Below, in pieces: positions 28,101-39,055 of a stretch of 64,000 bases of DNA (positions are counted from its first letter, which is position 1; each line of letters starts with the position of its first letter). The stretch is from Chloroflexota bacterium. Its GTDB lineage: Bacteria; Chloroflexota; Anaerolineae; Anaerolineales; Villigracilaceae. The notes below the pieces were generated by a model. The model saw only the letters and a program-made list of their open reading frames with translations. It made no database searches and was not told the DNA's origin. Where the stretch lies: NCBI GenBank assembly GCA_049324895.1, contig JBMOMS010000173.1:708-64707 (forward strand), read 5' to 3'. The translations under genes were made by a program, and so were the position numbers.

Positions 28101-28265
28101 TTCGACGCCCTGACCAGCAACCGCCCGTACCGCCAGAAAATTCCCCCCCAGGAAGCCATCGTCTATTTACGCGAGGAGGCAGGCAAGTTGTTCGATCCCG
28201 AAATCGTAGGCGCATTCGAAAAAATCGTGCGGGAAGGACATGCGGATTTTCTCCATGCCCAATAG
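25128..28265 (+). CDS. Membrane-anchored multi-GAF HD-GYP domain protein (putative c-di-GMP phosphodiesterase)
   Basis: 1045 aa. Polytopic N-terminus, GAF-like regions, and a C-terminal HD-GYP domain (HSTRVSRL, HDIGKIGV, HHQERWDGSGYPSGL). Confidence 0.88.
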   Translation: MKHRSVFTLGILAGGILWVAGTAILLLPIHVQILFGIPGDWHGLPLGILFILAALGNLMALLVPSGLRQGNALFLFGSAMLGLLGWLHLRAGLHVEGSLVISVTVAHLAALHGQDGDGRFDRRLLPVALLAANALAGLTLLLFPPTEGLTPMRWTLAGLFLGSAAAGGLAVFRPNLRAAPILEKALGLAWLAWVLAGLGAPSLPNWIAPGLLLAILLFEPAIPWAAIVLPENDILGKRLVFYAGAALCISAGFLAALLKLIDLSLLALESPLAALKVREASFILFNLGALVLSHGVFTAALTINGLMRGGREAIDLGHSWKRRVDRFLHPLVHTQEGLRARLEAQEDQINALSRQLALEKRRSEQLTLLAELSQQLEAQLDQPVAAQLTINTLERAIPSSFICLYLHEPERREYVALATAGRMLHRVPPGYRQGITQGALGRVTHTRKTQLIYDTRLDPHYITFNKDEPPGSCILIPLIYTGHIKGIIEIVSDQIDAFSSADVALAETMSMELVRAWERSSYQYRLMELIQAGISLSTMIDPEATVQEIASIARRTLEARFTYVSLLFDREGNLTQKAYAGQAPRLLESLDKETNHPALLQASMNALQPFRVRDIRKYSHRSGIEIDHNGLRSLLVVPIRLHRLNIGSILAFGKQGEVFFTENDEALARLLASEAAAAIESVWLQQELRTTLRTTRLLYELSYQIIQAEELREAARHIAEMAHRLAQAVVTGIVLFSPNFEIEAELEVDSTGIRLEPEHPMDMIDKVVRSGRVIYQSIDQHYSRVCLPIQTPMRKYGALWLTVQEIRGYKSGSPADLQTLVNQAALALERAILLVESRRQAHEIEAAYRELERAYDNTLAALMSALDARDRETEGHSTRVSRLAVCLGEALKLPAAQLKALERGSLLHDIGKIGVSDTILHKPGPLTEQEWASMRLHPDIGAQIVEDIPFLQETLPVIRHHQERWDGSGYPSGLKGSDIPLLARVFAVVDAFDALTSNRPYRQKIPPQEAIVYLREEAGKLFDPEIVGAFEKIVREGHADFLHAQ

Positions 28266-29826
28266 CCCCGCGCCCAGAAACCTGGAACACCTGGGATTCA
28301 CCCCCCGGGAACAGCAGATTCCCGCCCTGCCATCGGGGATGGCCAGCATCCTGCTGTTGATGGTCATGCTGTACAACGGCCTGACCAGCCTGCCCATGGA
28401 TGCGTTTTCGCGCACCATCCTCCTGGCCTACTGCATTGGAAACAGCCTGGCCCTGGCCTATTTCCATTTTTTCCTGGTCACCACCCCGCGCATGAAGCCG
28501 ACCCACGTGTGGGCCTACGCGGTCATCGAGGTGGCCGCCACCATCCTGCTGGCAAACCGCCTGCCCCAGGCCATCGATCCCTATATTGGCGCCTTGATGA
28601 TCCTGCTGTGCATCACCGCCTCGATCATCGCCGACCGCGCGCCCGCCCATTTCATCCTGGCCGGCATGACGTTTGCCCTGGTCATTTTCAACCTGGAGGA
28701 GGTCCGCGACCCGACCAACTGGTCGCGGCTGCTGGGCGCCACGCTGGTGGCCGCCGTGTCCAACGAGGCCATTCACCAGTTCAGGACTCTCACCGCCCGC
28801 GACATCAACCGTCTCAAGGTCATCAACGAATTCAGCCGCAAGATCACCTCCTCGCTCGAAATGGAACAGGTGCTGGCCCTGCTGAACGAGACCATTCCCA
28901 ATGCGCTGCCCGCCGACAGCTACTTCTTCGGCCTGGCAGAGGGGGACAACCTGCGTCTCAGCCTGTTGTACGACGAAGGCGAGCTCTTCAAGGATGTCAC
29001 GATCAAACTGGAAGGCACCCTCTCGGGCTGGGTGGTTCGCAACCGAAAGGAATTATTCCTGCCCGACCTGCGGCGCGACCCGGCCCTGAGCGGCGTCGAC
29101 CGGGTGATTGTCGGCCAGGAGAAAACCAGCCTCTCGTGGATGGGCGTCCCGATCAACGGCATCCACGTGCAGGGTGTGATCGCGTTGGCCTCCTACCGCC
29201 CCAACGCCTTCAACCGCGGCGACATGGAGTTGATGAACAACATGGCCCAGCACGCCGCGCTGGCGCTGGACAACACATTCCATCACGCCCACGTGGAGAG
29301 GCAGTCGCAGTTGGACAGCCTGACGGGCGTCTACAATCATGGTCATTTCCTGAATTTGCTGAAGAGGTACGCCGAGGAGGCCGAAGATCGGCACACCCCC
29401 TTGAGCTTGATCATGCTCGACGTGGATTATTTCAAACAATATAACGATACCTACGGACACCTGGCCGGGGACGAAATTCTAACCGCCCTGTGCAACACCA
29501 TCACCAGCCACATCAAACACGAGGACATCGTGGGACGCTGGGGCGGCGAAGAGTTTGCCGTCGTGCTGCTGAACGCCAACGGCAGGCAGGCAAACCAGGT
29601 GGCGCAGCGCATCCACGAAAGCATGGCCGCCGTCTGCATCAAAAGCGTGGGCCGCAGGAGCATTCCCGCGCCCACGCTCAGCCAGGGCATCGCCCAATTC
29701 CCCGACGAAGCCGACGAGATCATGAAACTGGTCGACCTGGCCGACCGCCGCCTGTACATTGCCAAGGAGCGCGGCCGCAACCAGATCGAGCCGTCCCCCG
29801 AACATTGGGAGAAGATGCGCGTTTAG
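28240..29826 (+). CDS. Membrane-anchored GAF-GGDEF diguanylate cyclase
   Basis: 528 aa. TM N-terminus, GAF domain, and a GGDEF domain with GGEEF. The start may instead be the ATG at 28255. Confidence 0.88.
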   Translation: MRIFSMPNSPAPRNLEHLGFTPREQQIPALPSGMASILLLMVMLYNGLTSLPMDAFSRTILLAYCIGNSLALAYFHFFLVTTPRMKPTHVWAYAVIEVAATILLANRLPQAIDPYIGALMILLCITASIIADRAPAHFILAGMTFALVIFNLEEVRDPTNWSRLLGATLVAAVSNEAIHQFRTLTARDINRLKVINEFSRKITSSLEMEQVLALLNETIPNALPADSYFFGLAEGDNLRLSLLYDEGELFKDVTIKLEGTLSGWVVRNRKELFLPDLRRDPALSGVDRVIVGQEKTSLSWMGVPINGIHVQGVIALASYRPNAFNRGDMELMNNMAQHAALALDNTFHHAHVERQSQLDSLTGVYNHGHFLNLLKRYAEEAEDRHTPLSLIMLDVDYFKQYNDTYGHLAGDEILTALCNTITSHIKHEDIVGRWGGEEFAVVLLNANGRQANQVAQRIHESMAAVCIKSVGRRSIPAPTLSQGIAQFPDEADEIMKLVDLADRRLYIAKERGRNQIEPSPEHWEKMRV

Positions 29827-30860
29827 CTCAACACGTCCGCAAAGGCCTGCACGGTCCGATCCACACCCGCATCGTCGATCCAGCAATGCGTCACCAGGCG
29901 GAAGCGGGTGTAGCTCTCGGGACAGACCAGGATGCCGCGCTCCCTGAGCTTGTTCATGATCTGTTCCGCATCCAGTGGGGCATCCTTCGTCAGGTCGAAG
30001 TACACCATGTTGGTGTGGGGGGAGCCTTTGTCGATGACAATGCCCTTGACCTTGCCCAAGCCTTCCGCCAGACGCTTGGCGCGCGCGTGATCCTCGTCCA
30101 GCCGCTCGATCATCGACTCGAGCGAAATGATTCCAGCCGCCGCGAGGACGCCCACCTGGCGCATCCCGCCGCCGACCATTTTACGCAGGTGACGCGCGCG
30201 CTTGATGAACTTCGCCGTGCCCACCAGCATGGAACCGACCGGCGCGGCCAATCCCTTGCTCAGACAAAACATAACCGAGTCGGCGGGCGCGACAAGCTCC
30301 TTTGCCGAAACATTTTGCGCCACCGCCGCGTTGAACAACCGCGCCCCGTCGACGTGCAGGGCCAGGCCGTGGGCGTGCGCCAGCTCGCCGACCTGGCGGG
30401 TGTAGTCGACCGTCAGCGGGACGCCGCCGCAGATGTTCTGGGTGTTCTCGATGCACACCAGGCGCGTGATGGTGTGATGCACATCCTCCATTTGAATCGA
30501 GGCGCGGATGTCGTCCGGGGCCAGTGTGCCATCGGCCTGGTTCCTGACCGGGTGCGGATGAATCCCGCCCAACGCCGACATGCCGCCCGCCTCGTTGAGG
30601 TAGATGTGCGACTGGTCGCCGACGATGGCCTCGTCCCCGCGCTGACAGTGGGTCAGCAGCGCCAGCAGGTTGCCCATCGTGCCCGAGGCGACGAAGAGCG
30701 CCGCTTCCTTGCCGAGCATGGCCGCCGCCATCTCCTGCAAGCGGTTGACGGTGGGATCGTCTTCGAAGACGTCGTCGCCCACCCGGGCCTTGGCCATGGC
30801 CTCACGCATCTCGGGCGTGGGCTGGGTGACGGTATCGGAACGCAGGTCGATGAATTCCAT
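29823..30860 (-). CDS. ltaE: Low-specificity L-threonine aldolase
   Basis: 345 aa. [13 protein letters not shown]-terminus and a PLP fold-type I pattern. Confidence 0.88.
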   Translation of the reverse strand: MEFIDLRSDTVTQPTPEMREAMAKARVGDDVFEDDPTVNRLQEMAAAMLGKEAALFVASGTMGNLLALLTHCQRGDEAIVGDQSHIYLNEAGGMSALGGIHPHPVRNQADGTLAPDDIRASIQMEDVHHTITRLVCIENTQNICGGVPLTVDYTRQVGELAHAHGLALHVDGARLFNAAVAQNVSAKELVAPADSVMFCLSKGLAAPVGSMLVGTAKFIKRARHLRKMVGGGMRQVGVLAAAGIISLESMIERLDEDHARAKRLAEGLGKVKGIVIDKGSPHTNMVYFDLTKDAPLDAEQIMNKLRERGILVCPESYTRFRLVTHCWIDDAGVDRTVQAFADVLS

Positions 30861-30888
30861 GAAAACATCCTTTTCGGGTTGGACTGGG

Positions 30889-31027
30889 TTGGACTCAAAA
30901 GTCTCCTGGCTTTTGAGTGTATCGAAAGTCAGGAGACTTTCGACTCCAGGATGGCTTGATTTGGATTCAAAAGTCTCCTGACTTTTGAGGTTCTCGAAAG
31001 TCGGGAGACTTTCGACTCCAGGATTGC
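30889..31027. repeat. Two tandem about 67-nt units (72-nt period), each a long near-perfect hairpin
   Basis: Unit 1 is 30889-30955 and unit 2 is 30961-31027. GGACTCAAAAGTCTCCTG pairs with CAGGAGACTTTCGACTCC. Confidence 0.85.
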
Positions 31028-31031
31028 AGGG

Positions 31032-31947
<916 letters not shown>

Positions 31948-31955
<8 letters not shown>

Positions 31956-32496
31956 TCGCTTCCCCCGCTGGTTCTTCCACGGGCAGGCTGGCGGCCTGCG
32001 CTGCCATCTTCTTATCGTGGCGTTCCTTCCACCACACACCCAGCACCAATGCCACCACCCCCATCGTAATGGAGGCGTCGGCCACGTTGAAGACAGGGAA
32101 GGTCCACACCGAAATGAAATCGGTCACTTTGCCTTCCAACGTCAGGCGGTCGATCAGGTTGCCGAGCGCGCCCGCCAGCTGCATGCCCATCGCCAGGCGC
32201 AGGGGCCAGTCATCCTCCTCCACACGCGGGAAATAATAAAGGATGGCGACCACCACGATCACGGCCAGCACGGCAAACACGCCCCCGAACTGCTGGAACA
32301 TGCCAAAGGCTGCGCCGCTGTTGTACCAATGCACGATGCGCGCATACGGGTCGAGCCATTCCCAGCCGGCCGGCAGCCAGGATCCGCCAAACGGGATGTG
32401 CGCGCGCACCAGTCCCTTCGTCCACTGGTCGAGAGACACGATCACAGCCACCACCAGCGCCAGGAATAGATAATCTTTCATCAATCGCTTCAACAT
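31948..32496 (-). CDS. lspA: Lipoprotein signal peptidase II
   Basis: 182 aa with 4 TM helices. Motifs NSGAAFG and FNVAD. Confidence 0.9.
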
Positions 32497-32531
32497 TCAC
32501 CTCAATTCATAAATCGCCCGCCTATTGTACT

Positions 32532-33629
32532 CTACCCGGTCGCATACACACGCGGCACGCGCGCGCTGATGTTGGTCAGCGGCTCGTAATTGTTGGTGCC
32601 CGCCCAGGCCGCAAAATCATCGGCGCTGATGCCCTGCCCCAGCAGGATGACTTCATCGCCGACCTGCACCTCGTCCGCGCCCACATCGACCATGAACTGG
32701 TCCATGCAGATGCGCCCCACCTGGGGATAGGATTTGCCGCGGATGAAGACCCGCGCCTGGTTCGTCATACGGCGGAAGTAGCCATCCGCATAGCCGCACG
32801 GGACGGTGACGATGCGCGTCGGGGCCTCGGCCTGCCACAGCGACCCGTAGCTGACCGGCCGCCCGGGCGGGGTGATCTTGGAATAGACCACCTGCGAGCG
32901 CCAGGTCAGCGCGGGCTTGACCTCCACTGTGCGCTGGACATCCTCGCCGGGGTAATAGCCGTAGAGCATGATGCCGGGCCGCACCATGTCGAGGTGTCCC
33001 TCGGGCAATTGCAGGATGCCGCCCGAATTGCACAGGTGGCGCAGGGGCGGCGGCGGCGCGCCCAGTTTATCGTACAACGCCAGCACGCCCAGGAAGCGCT
33101 CCAGTTGCAGGCGGGCGTGGATCAGGTCGGGCATTTCGGAGTTTGCCAGGTGTGTATAAATCCCCTCGACGCTTAAGTGGCTACACGCAAGAGACTTCTC
33201 GATGAACGGCTCCGCTTCCGTGTCGCGCACGCCCACGCGTTCCATGCCCGTGTCGATTTTCAGGTGGGCGCGCAGACGCCTGCCCGTGGATTCGGCCATT
33301 TGCTCGGCGGCCAGCAGCAGGTCCAGGGACGAGGCGGTCAGGGTCAGGTCATGCTCGAAGAAGGCGGGCAGCTGGTCGGCCAGAGTCCCGCCCATCACGA
33401 GGATCGGTTTGGTAATCCCCAACTCGCGCAGGTAAATGCCCTCCTCCACCAGCGCCACGCCGAGGTAATCGGCAAACGGCGCGAGGAAGGGGGCCACACC
33501 ATCCACGCCGTGGCCGTAGGCGTTGGCCTTGACAACGGCCAGAACTTTGGCGGGCGCAACATGCGCGCGGATGGCTGTGAGGTTGCGTTGGAGTTGGGTC
33601 AGGTTGACTTCGAGATAGGTGGGGCGCAT
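32532..33629 (-). CDS. alr: Alanine racemase
   Basis: 365 aa. PLP-lysine context VVKANAYGHG. Confidence 0.92.
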   Translation of the reverse strand: MRPTYLEVNLTQLQRNLTAIRAHVAPAKVLAVVKANAYGHGVDGVAPFLAPFADYLGVALVEEGIYLRELGITKPILVMGGTLADQLPAFFEHDLTLTASSLDLLLAAEQMAESTGRRLRAHLKIDTGMERVGVRDTEAEPFIEKSLACSHLSVEGIYTHLANSEMPDLIHARLQLERFLGVLALYDKLGAPPPPLRHLCNSGGILQLPEGHLDMVRPGIMLYGYYPGEDVQRTVEVKPALTWRSQVVYSKITPPGRPVSYGSLWQAEAPTRIVTVPCGYADGYFRRMTNQARVFIRGKSYPQVGRICMDQFMVDVGADEVQVGDEVILLGQGISADDFAAWAGTNNYEPLTNISARVPRVYATG

Positions 33630-33713
33630 GAGAGGTTTGACCTTTACCAGATTGATGCGCTTCGGCTTCGTTCGGACAAGAGCATGTCCTCACTCCGCTC
33701 AGCGCGAAGATCA

Positions 33714-34166
33714 TCAGGACGGATACCAATGATATTCCACGTCGGGTTCGTTTTCGGGCGCGGGACTGAGGCCGAATTTTTCGGCCACGAAGCCGTTCTT
33801 TTCGTAGAAGGCGCGCGCCATGGCATTGGCGGCGTGGGTGTACAGCCACAGGTGATCGTGCGACAGGTCGCGGGCGTGTTCGAGCAGCATCTGACCGATG
33901 CCCTGGCGGTGGTACGCAGGGTCGACGTAGAGGTGGTCGATGAAGTCCTTCTTGATGCCCATGAAGGCCACGACCATCCCGTCCTTCTCGGCCACCCACA
34001 GGTCGCAGGCGGCCACGATGTGCTCGGCAAAAAACTTCTGGTCGGTTTGGAAGCTGTAGCCCATGCGGGCGGTCAGTTCGGGAGTGGCGACCTCGCGGGC
34101 GCGCCGCCACAGGCGCGTGACGGATTCGAAATCGTCGGCGCGGTAAAAACGGATGTTCAATGTCAT
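33714..34166 (-). CDS. GNAT-family N-acetyltransferase
   Basis: 150 aa. Acetyl-CoA motif HRQGIGQMLL. ATGA overlap with the upstream gene. Confidence 0.85.
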   Translation of the reverse strand: MTLNIRFYRADDFESVTRLWRRAREVATPELTARMGYSFQTDQKFFAEHIVAACDLWVAEKDGMVVAFMGIKKDFIDHLYVDPAYHRQGIGQMLLEHARDLSHDHLWLYTHAANAMARAFYEKNGFVAEKFGLSPAPENEPDVEYHWYPS

Positions 34167-34522
34167 GGCAATATGCCCTTTCCCACCATCCAGGTGTGTA
34201 GTTCAAAAACGAGCCGCCCGATCCTGACCATCGGGTCGGTGCTGATCCAGGCCTGCGCCTCGGCCAGGGAGCTGGCCTTGAGCACGCCGATGCCGCGAAT
34301 CTCGCCGCTCAGTTGGAACGCGTCCAGCAGCGGACCGTTCAGCACCAGTTTGCCTTCCTCGCCCAGGCGGCGCAGGTTGGCCAGGTGTTCGGCCTGCAAG
34401 GCTTCGACCTCGGGCGTGGCATCGGGAGTCCAGGCGGGGCCTTTCTTCAACAGGAAAACGTAGTAGATCGTCATGCCGAACTCTTCGGCAGCGCGCCAGG
34501 CTTGCGCGTCATCGTAGGTCAT
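34163..34522 (-). CDS. YciI-like protein
   Basis: YCII-type sequence. The start is set at the ATG at 34522, after GGAGAG. The ORF-track start is a TTG further upstream. Confidence 0.7.
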   Translation of the reverse strand: MTYDDAQAWRAAEEFGMTIYYVFLLKKGPAWTPDATPEVEALQAEHLANLRRLGEEGKLVLNGPLLDAFQLSGEIRGIGVLKASSLAEAQAWISTDPMVRIGRLVFELHTWMVGKGILP

Positions 34523-34588
34523 CAAAGCTCTCCTCAAATAATAAACGGACGGCTTGCGCCGTCCGCTTATTTTACTTTGCGTTGAAGC

Positions 34589-35014
34589 TTAACGCCATGC
34601 ACCCAGGATGGCGCCAAAGAGCACGAAGTTGACCAGGTGATTGCCAACCTCGATGGCCCAGACTTTCAAGCCGTGACCCGCGAACAATTTGTTGACCAGG
34701 TTCGTGGGTGCGACGAATCCCAACCAGAGCATGAAGCCAGCCGTCGCGCCCGAGACCAGCGTCGCGCCGCCTGTCATGCTACCCATGGCGTTGACGAAGA
34801 GCGCCATGAACACGGCCTGAACCAGGGACGAGAGTAAGGTCAAGCCCCAGGTCATGCCCATGTTTTCCATGCCGGGTTGGGAACCTTCAGGCTTGCCGAT
34901 GCCCTTCCACCAGATGGGGAAGAACGTTTTGGGGTTGTACCAGAGCGAACCGCTGATCATGCTGACCACGACACAGGCGATGACGGCCAACCAGTTGATA
35001 CTACTAAAGTCCAT
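34589..35014 (-). CDS. DUF1761-family membrane protein
   Basis: 141 aa with 4 TM helices. The start is set at the ATG at 35014, after AAGGAGG. Confidence 0.75.
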   Translation of the reverse strand: MDFSSINWLAVIACVVVSMISGSLWYNPKTFFPIWWKGIGKPEGSQPGMENMGMTWGLTLLSSLVQAVFMALFVNAMGSMTGGATLVSGATAGFMLWLGFVAPTNLVNKLFAGHGLKVWAIEVGNHLVNFVLFGAILGAWR

Positions 35015-35347
35015 TTCAGCCTCCTTGGCAATAAAAGGGATTGGCAAACGCCAATCTCGTTGAATATCATAACCCGAATAAATGTTCTAGGATGCGCTTC
35101 TGGAGAGGGGTTTTCGCCGCGAAAAATGGGGGCCTATAATTACCGGGAAAGAGCTCCACCACAAAGGACACGAAGTACACAAAGGAAAAAACGGCTATTG
35201 TGAGGCGGAATGGCAAAGTGCCCTGCAAGGGTATTCCGCCCCACGCCATTGGCTTTATTCCGATCCCGCCTTCCGAAACTTTAGACCACACCCAACTCCC
35301 ATGGTTGTAGCAAAGTCCGTTGACAGACTCCTGATTTTACGGCAGTG

Positions 35348-35436
35348 CTTAACGCGAAAAGCGCGAAGTGAGCGAATTTTCGGGAAAGCCATTAAAAAAT
35401 TCGCGTCTTTCGCCTTTTCGCGGCATTCGCGTTAAG
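35348..35436. repeat. Solo IR-bounded element with the same termini as the GxxExxY cassette (CTTAACGCGAA...CATTCGCGTTAAG)
   Basis: The termini match 40997-41008 and 41496-41507. No ORF lies inside. Confidence 0.7.
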
Positions 35437-35535
35437 ATTTTCCTGACTTTGCTACAGCCATGACCCCACTCCAACTGACGGTTTGCAGTCCGGGCGACGG
35501 TGCGCTATAATGATGCCAGAAACAAGGAGCAAAAT

Positions 35536-35766
35536 ATGGCCGAGAAAACCTCCCGCACCCGCAAGTCGTACGAAGAAAAGATTCCGTCCGAAACGCGCGA
35601 ACACCTGCGCGCCGCCCGCGAGGAAATGCGCAAGGGCCTGGAAGCGATGCTGCCGCCGGGCGTCCTGGAACACCGCCGCGCCGCCCGCAAGGAGATGCTG
35701 CTGGCCTTCCGCAGCATGATCGACGCCGCGCTCGAACGCGTGGAAGAAAAGCAAAAAACCGCATAA
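35536..35766 (+). CDS. Small hypothetical protein with an internal HLRAAREEM / HRRAARKEM duplication
   Basis: 76-aa ORF. TATAAT at 35497-35502, AAGGAG SD, and a strong terminator downstream. Confidence 0.55.
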   Translation: MAEKTSRTRKSYEEKIPSETREHLRAAREEMRKGLEAMLPPGVLEHRRAARKEMLLAFRSMIDAALERVEEKQKTA

Positions 35767-35772
35767 ATGCCG

Positions 35773-35804
35773 CCGCCCCGTCTTGGACGGGGCGGTTTGC
35801 TTTT
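35773..35804 (+). terminator. Intrinsic terminator
   Basis: CCGCCCCGTC-TTG-GACGGGGCGG followed by TTTGCTTTT. Confidence 0.85.
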
Positions 35805-36094
35805 AACTTTGCGTTGAGCGGAGCGAGCTGGAAAGCGAGCGCAGTCGAAACGCACCCATCTCAGGTAATTTGCTCTTCGACTGCGCCGTGGGGCCCGACA
35901 CCCGCACTGCGCGCCAGTGCATGTGCGGGGTCGAAAGAACGCCGACCTACTTGACCGCCAGTTCAAGGCAAAAAATGTATCTTCTCAATAATCATGGGTA
36001 TTTTGGAGTGTGCAAGTTCTACTTGCGCGTTATCCCGAAGTAGAACTTCGGTACTCCAGAGCACGCCCCAAAATGTTGAGAAGGTACCAAAAAA

Positions 36095-37786
36095 TTACAA
36101 AATCCTTCTGCGGCGAATAAAAATGAGAGCATACACCAGCGCCGCGCCCGAAGCGCCCATCAGAAGATAAGCCAGGGTTTCGTTCGATGGATATACAATC
36201 GCGCCCGCCAGCAGCAAACCGACGAAGACCAGCACGCCCGTCAGGCGGTTGACGGCCAGCTCCACAAACGCGACCTGACGGTTGACCAGCGGCATCTGCA
36301 CATTCAACTCGCCGCGCTCGACCAGGGTCAGCACGCGTTCGGTACGGGCGGGCAGGGCCAACAATACCTTGAACAAATTGCCTGCCTCGTCGAGGACGGT
36401 GTCGAAGAACGAACCGCCCTCCTTTTCGTCGGAGACCAGTTTGGAGGCGTAAGGCCCGATCTGCTCCCATAGATTGAAGTCGGGATTCAGGCCCGTACAC
36501 ATGCCGCTCAAAATGGCAACCGTTCTTCCAAGCAGCAGCAAATTCTCGGGCAGTTGGAAGGGCATGTCGTACATCAATTCACGAAACTGAATCATAAACT
36601 GCATCATCTCGGCATGACTGATCGAGCGCAGCTCACTGATGCTCATGCCCCAGAAGCGGTCGAAGAGTTGGGCCTCGGCGCGTTCGATCAGGCTCAAGTC
36701 GGCGCTGGGCAGCAGGACATCCAGCAACTTGTAGGCCCTGACCGTGCGGGCCGCGTCGCGCGTGCCGACGGCAATGAGCAACTCGCGCAGGCCCTCGCGC
36801 AGATGCTCGGGCATACGGCCCACCATGCCGAAATCCACGAAGGTCAGTTTCCAGCAGACTTTGCCGTCCGCATCCTTTTCGAGCGGGGTGACGAACAGGT
36901 TGCCAGGATGCGGATCGGCGTGGAAGAAACCATCCTCGAAGATCTGCTTGAGGTAGGTGGACAGCAGTTGCTTGGCCACTTCGTTGCGGTCGATGCCCGC
37001 GGCGGTGATGGCATCGTAATCCGTAATTTTGATGGCAAAGACATCTTCGAGCGTGAGCACGCGGCCCGTGCAGTGACTCCAGACCACGCGCGGCACGTGA
37101 ACATTTTCATCGTCCGCGAAGTTGGCGGCAAAGGTTTCGGCATTGCGGCCCTCGGCCTGGTAATCCAATTCCTCGCGGACCGTGGCGGAGAATTCCTCAA
37201 CCAGGGCGGGCACGTCGGCGCGTTCGCGCAGGGGACGGTATTTGTCGGCCCAGCCGCCCACCCGCCGCAGGGCAGAGAGGTCGACTTCCACCAACTGCTC
37301 GATGTGCGGACGCTGGATCTTGACGACCACACTCTCGAAGCCCACCCCTTCGGCGTCCTGAGGGAGCAGGCGCGCGCGATGCACCTGTCCCAGCGAGGCG
37401 GCGGCCAGGGGCGTCTCGTCGAAGGCGGCAAACTTCAGGTCCAGGCGGGCGCCCAGGTCGGCCTCAGCTTTGGCGCGGATGGCGGCAAAGTCCTCGGCGG
37501 GGACTTCATCCTGCAAACCCGCCAATTCGTCGGTGATCTCGGATGGCAGAACGTCCAGGCGCGAGGAAAGGAATTGTCCCACCTTGATCATCACGCCGCC
37601 CATGCGGATGGCCAGCGCGCGGAACCGCACAGCGATGTCGGTCATGCGCCGCGAACGGGTGCGGCGCGTCCAACCGCCCAGGCCGAGGCGCGGCAGGGTC
37701 AGTTCCCAGAAAATGATGCCCAGGGTGACGCGGGCAAAAAAAGCAAGGATGCGCCAATAGCGGGCGCGCAGCAGGGATGATTTCAT
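36095..37786 (-). CDS. ABC1/UbiB-family atypical kinase
   Basis: About 563 aa. Contains AAASLGQVHRA and HADPHPGN motifs and C-terminal TM helices. The start is set at the ATG at 37786, after GGAGG. Confidence 0.88.
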   Translation of the reverse strand: MKSSLLRARYWRILAFFARVTLGIIFWELTLPRLGLGGWTRRTRSRRMTDIAVRFRALAIRMGGVMIKVGQFLSSRLDVLPSEITDELAGLQDEVPAEDFAAIRAKAEADLGARLDLKFAAFDETPLAAASLGQVHRARLLPQDAEGVGFESVVVKIQRPHIEQLVEVDLSALRRVGGWADKYRPLRERADVPALVEEFSATVREELDYQAEGRNAETFAANFADDENVHVPRVVWSHCTGRVLTLEDVFAIKITDYDAITAAGIDRNEVAKQLLSTYLKQIFEDGFFHADPHPGNLFVTPLEKDADGKVCWKLTFVDFGMVGRMPEHLREGLRELLIAVGTRDAARTVRAYKLLDVLLPSADLSLIERAEAQLFDRFWGMSISELRSISHAEMMQFMIQFRELMYDMPFQLPENLLLLGRTVAILSGMCTGLNPDFNLWEQIGPYASKLVSDEKEGGSFFDTVLDEAGNLFKVLLALPARTERVLTLVERGELNVQMPLVNRQVAFVELAVNRLTGVLVFVGLLLAGAIVYPSNETLAYLLMGASGAALVYALIFIRRRRIL

Positions 37787-38016
37787 AAGCCTCCGCGTAA
37801 TCGAGATGGATTGTAATCCCAAAATTCCAGGCGCACGGCGGGCGATTCAAAATGAAAGGCCGCTTAAAAAACGGCCTCGAAAGACTTATTCAGGTTTCAG
37901 TGTGGGTTCAGGCTGTGCTCATGTGCCTGGATATAATAACAAGTGCATTCTCCTCTTCAAACCCTGCGCGGATCCGGGCCGATCCAAGCGGGGTTTGGGA
38001 TTTAATCGGGAGGACA

Positions 38017-39045
38017 TCACGAGAGCGGCCAGGTGGGCTGCACGTCCACGTCCAGGCCCGAGGTGTGGCCGAGGGCGTAACGGAAATAGCCCGCCGCGCC
38101 GATCATGGCGGCATTGTCGGTACACAGCGAAAGCGGGGGAATGTGAACCTTGAATTCCTTTTGAGATTGAAAGGCCTGGCGCAAAGCGCGATTGGCCGAG
38201 ACGCCGCCCGCCACGAGAATTTCCTTCGCGCCGAATTCGCGCGCCGCATCCACCGTCTTCTTGAACAACACTTCCACCACCGCGGCCTGGAAGGAGGCCG
38301 CCAGGTCATCGACGGGCAGGGAGCCGCTGCGATTCTTCAAATTGTTGACCTCGTACAACACCGCCGTCTTGACACCGCTGAACGAGAAATTCCAGCTGCC
38401 CTCCATCCACGCGCGTGGAAAGTGGAAGCGGCTCGGGTCGCCGCTCTCGGCAGACTTCTGCACCGACGGGCCGCCCGGATACGGAAGTCCCAGCAGGCGC
38501 GCGACCTTGTCGAAGGCCTCACCGGCCGCATCGTCCAGCGTGGCGCCGAGACGCTTGTAGGTCAGGTGGTCGGTCATCAGGTTCAGTTCGGTGTGCCCGC
38601 CCGAAACCAGCAGGGCCATGAGCGGGAATTGCGGCTCGGGCGGCGTGGTCTCGCCCGCGTTATACACCCACGAGGAATAGATGTGGCCTTCGAGATGGTT
38701 GACTCCCACCAGCGGCAGTCCCAGCCCGAGCGCCAGTCCCTTGGCGGCGTTCAAGCCGACCACCAGCGAGCCTGCCAGCCCAGGTCCGCGTGTGACGGCA
38801 ATGGCATCCACTTCGCTGAGCGAGAGATGCGCCTGCGCCAGGGCCTGCTCCACCACGGGCACCACGGCCAGCACGTGCTGGCGCGAAGCCACTTCGGGGA
38901 ATACGCCGCCATAGCGGGCGTGAACCTCCATCTGTGAGGCCACCACGGAAGAGAGCAGCGCGCGTCCATTTTCGAGGATGGCGCAGGCGGTCTCGTCGCA
39001 GGAGGATTCAAGGGCCAGGATGCGGGCGGGTTTGAGGTCGGTCAT
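38017..39045 (-). CDS. tsaD: tRNA N6-adenosine threonylcarbamoyltransferase
   Basis: 342 aa Kae1/TsaD family (ILALESSCDETA, GVNHLEGH). Confidence 0.93.
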   Translation of the reverse strand: MTDLKPARILALESSCDETACAILENGRALLSSVVASQMEVHARYGGVFPEVASRQHVLAVVPVVEQALAQAHLSLSEVDAIAVTRGPGLAGSLVVGLNAAKGLALGLGLPLVGVNHLEGHIYSSWVYNAGETTPPEPQFPLMALLVSGGHTELNLMTDHLTYKRLGATLDDAAGEAFDKVARLLGLPYPGGPSVQKSAESGDPSRFHFPRAWMEGSWNFSFSGVKTAVLYEVNNLKNRSGSLPVDDLAASFQAAVVEVLFKKTVDAAREFGAKEILVAGGVSANRALRQAFQSQKEFKVHIPPLSLCTDNAAMIGAAGYFRYALGHTSGLDVDVQPTWPLS

Positions 39046-39055
39046 TGGTTTCTTT

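Noticed and set aside
30889-31027. CRISPR array (also considered for 11925-12034)
   Set aside because: There are only 2-4 units. The units are themselves palindromic hairpins. The spacers are not unique and not of regular size, and no cas genes are present in the window.
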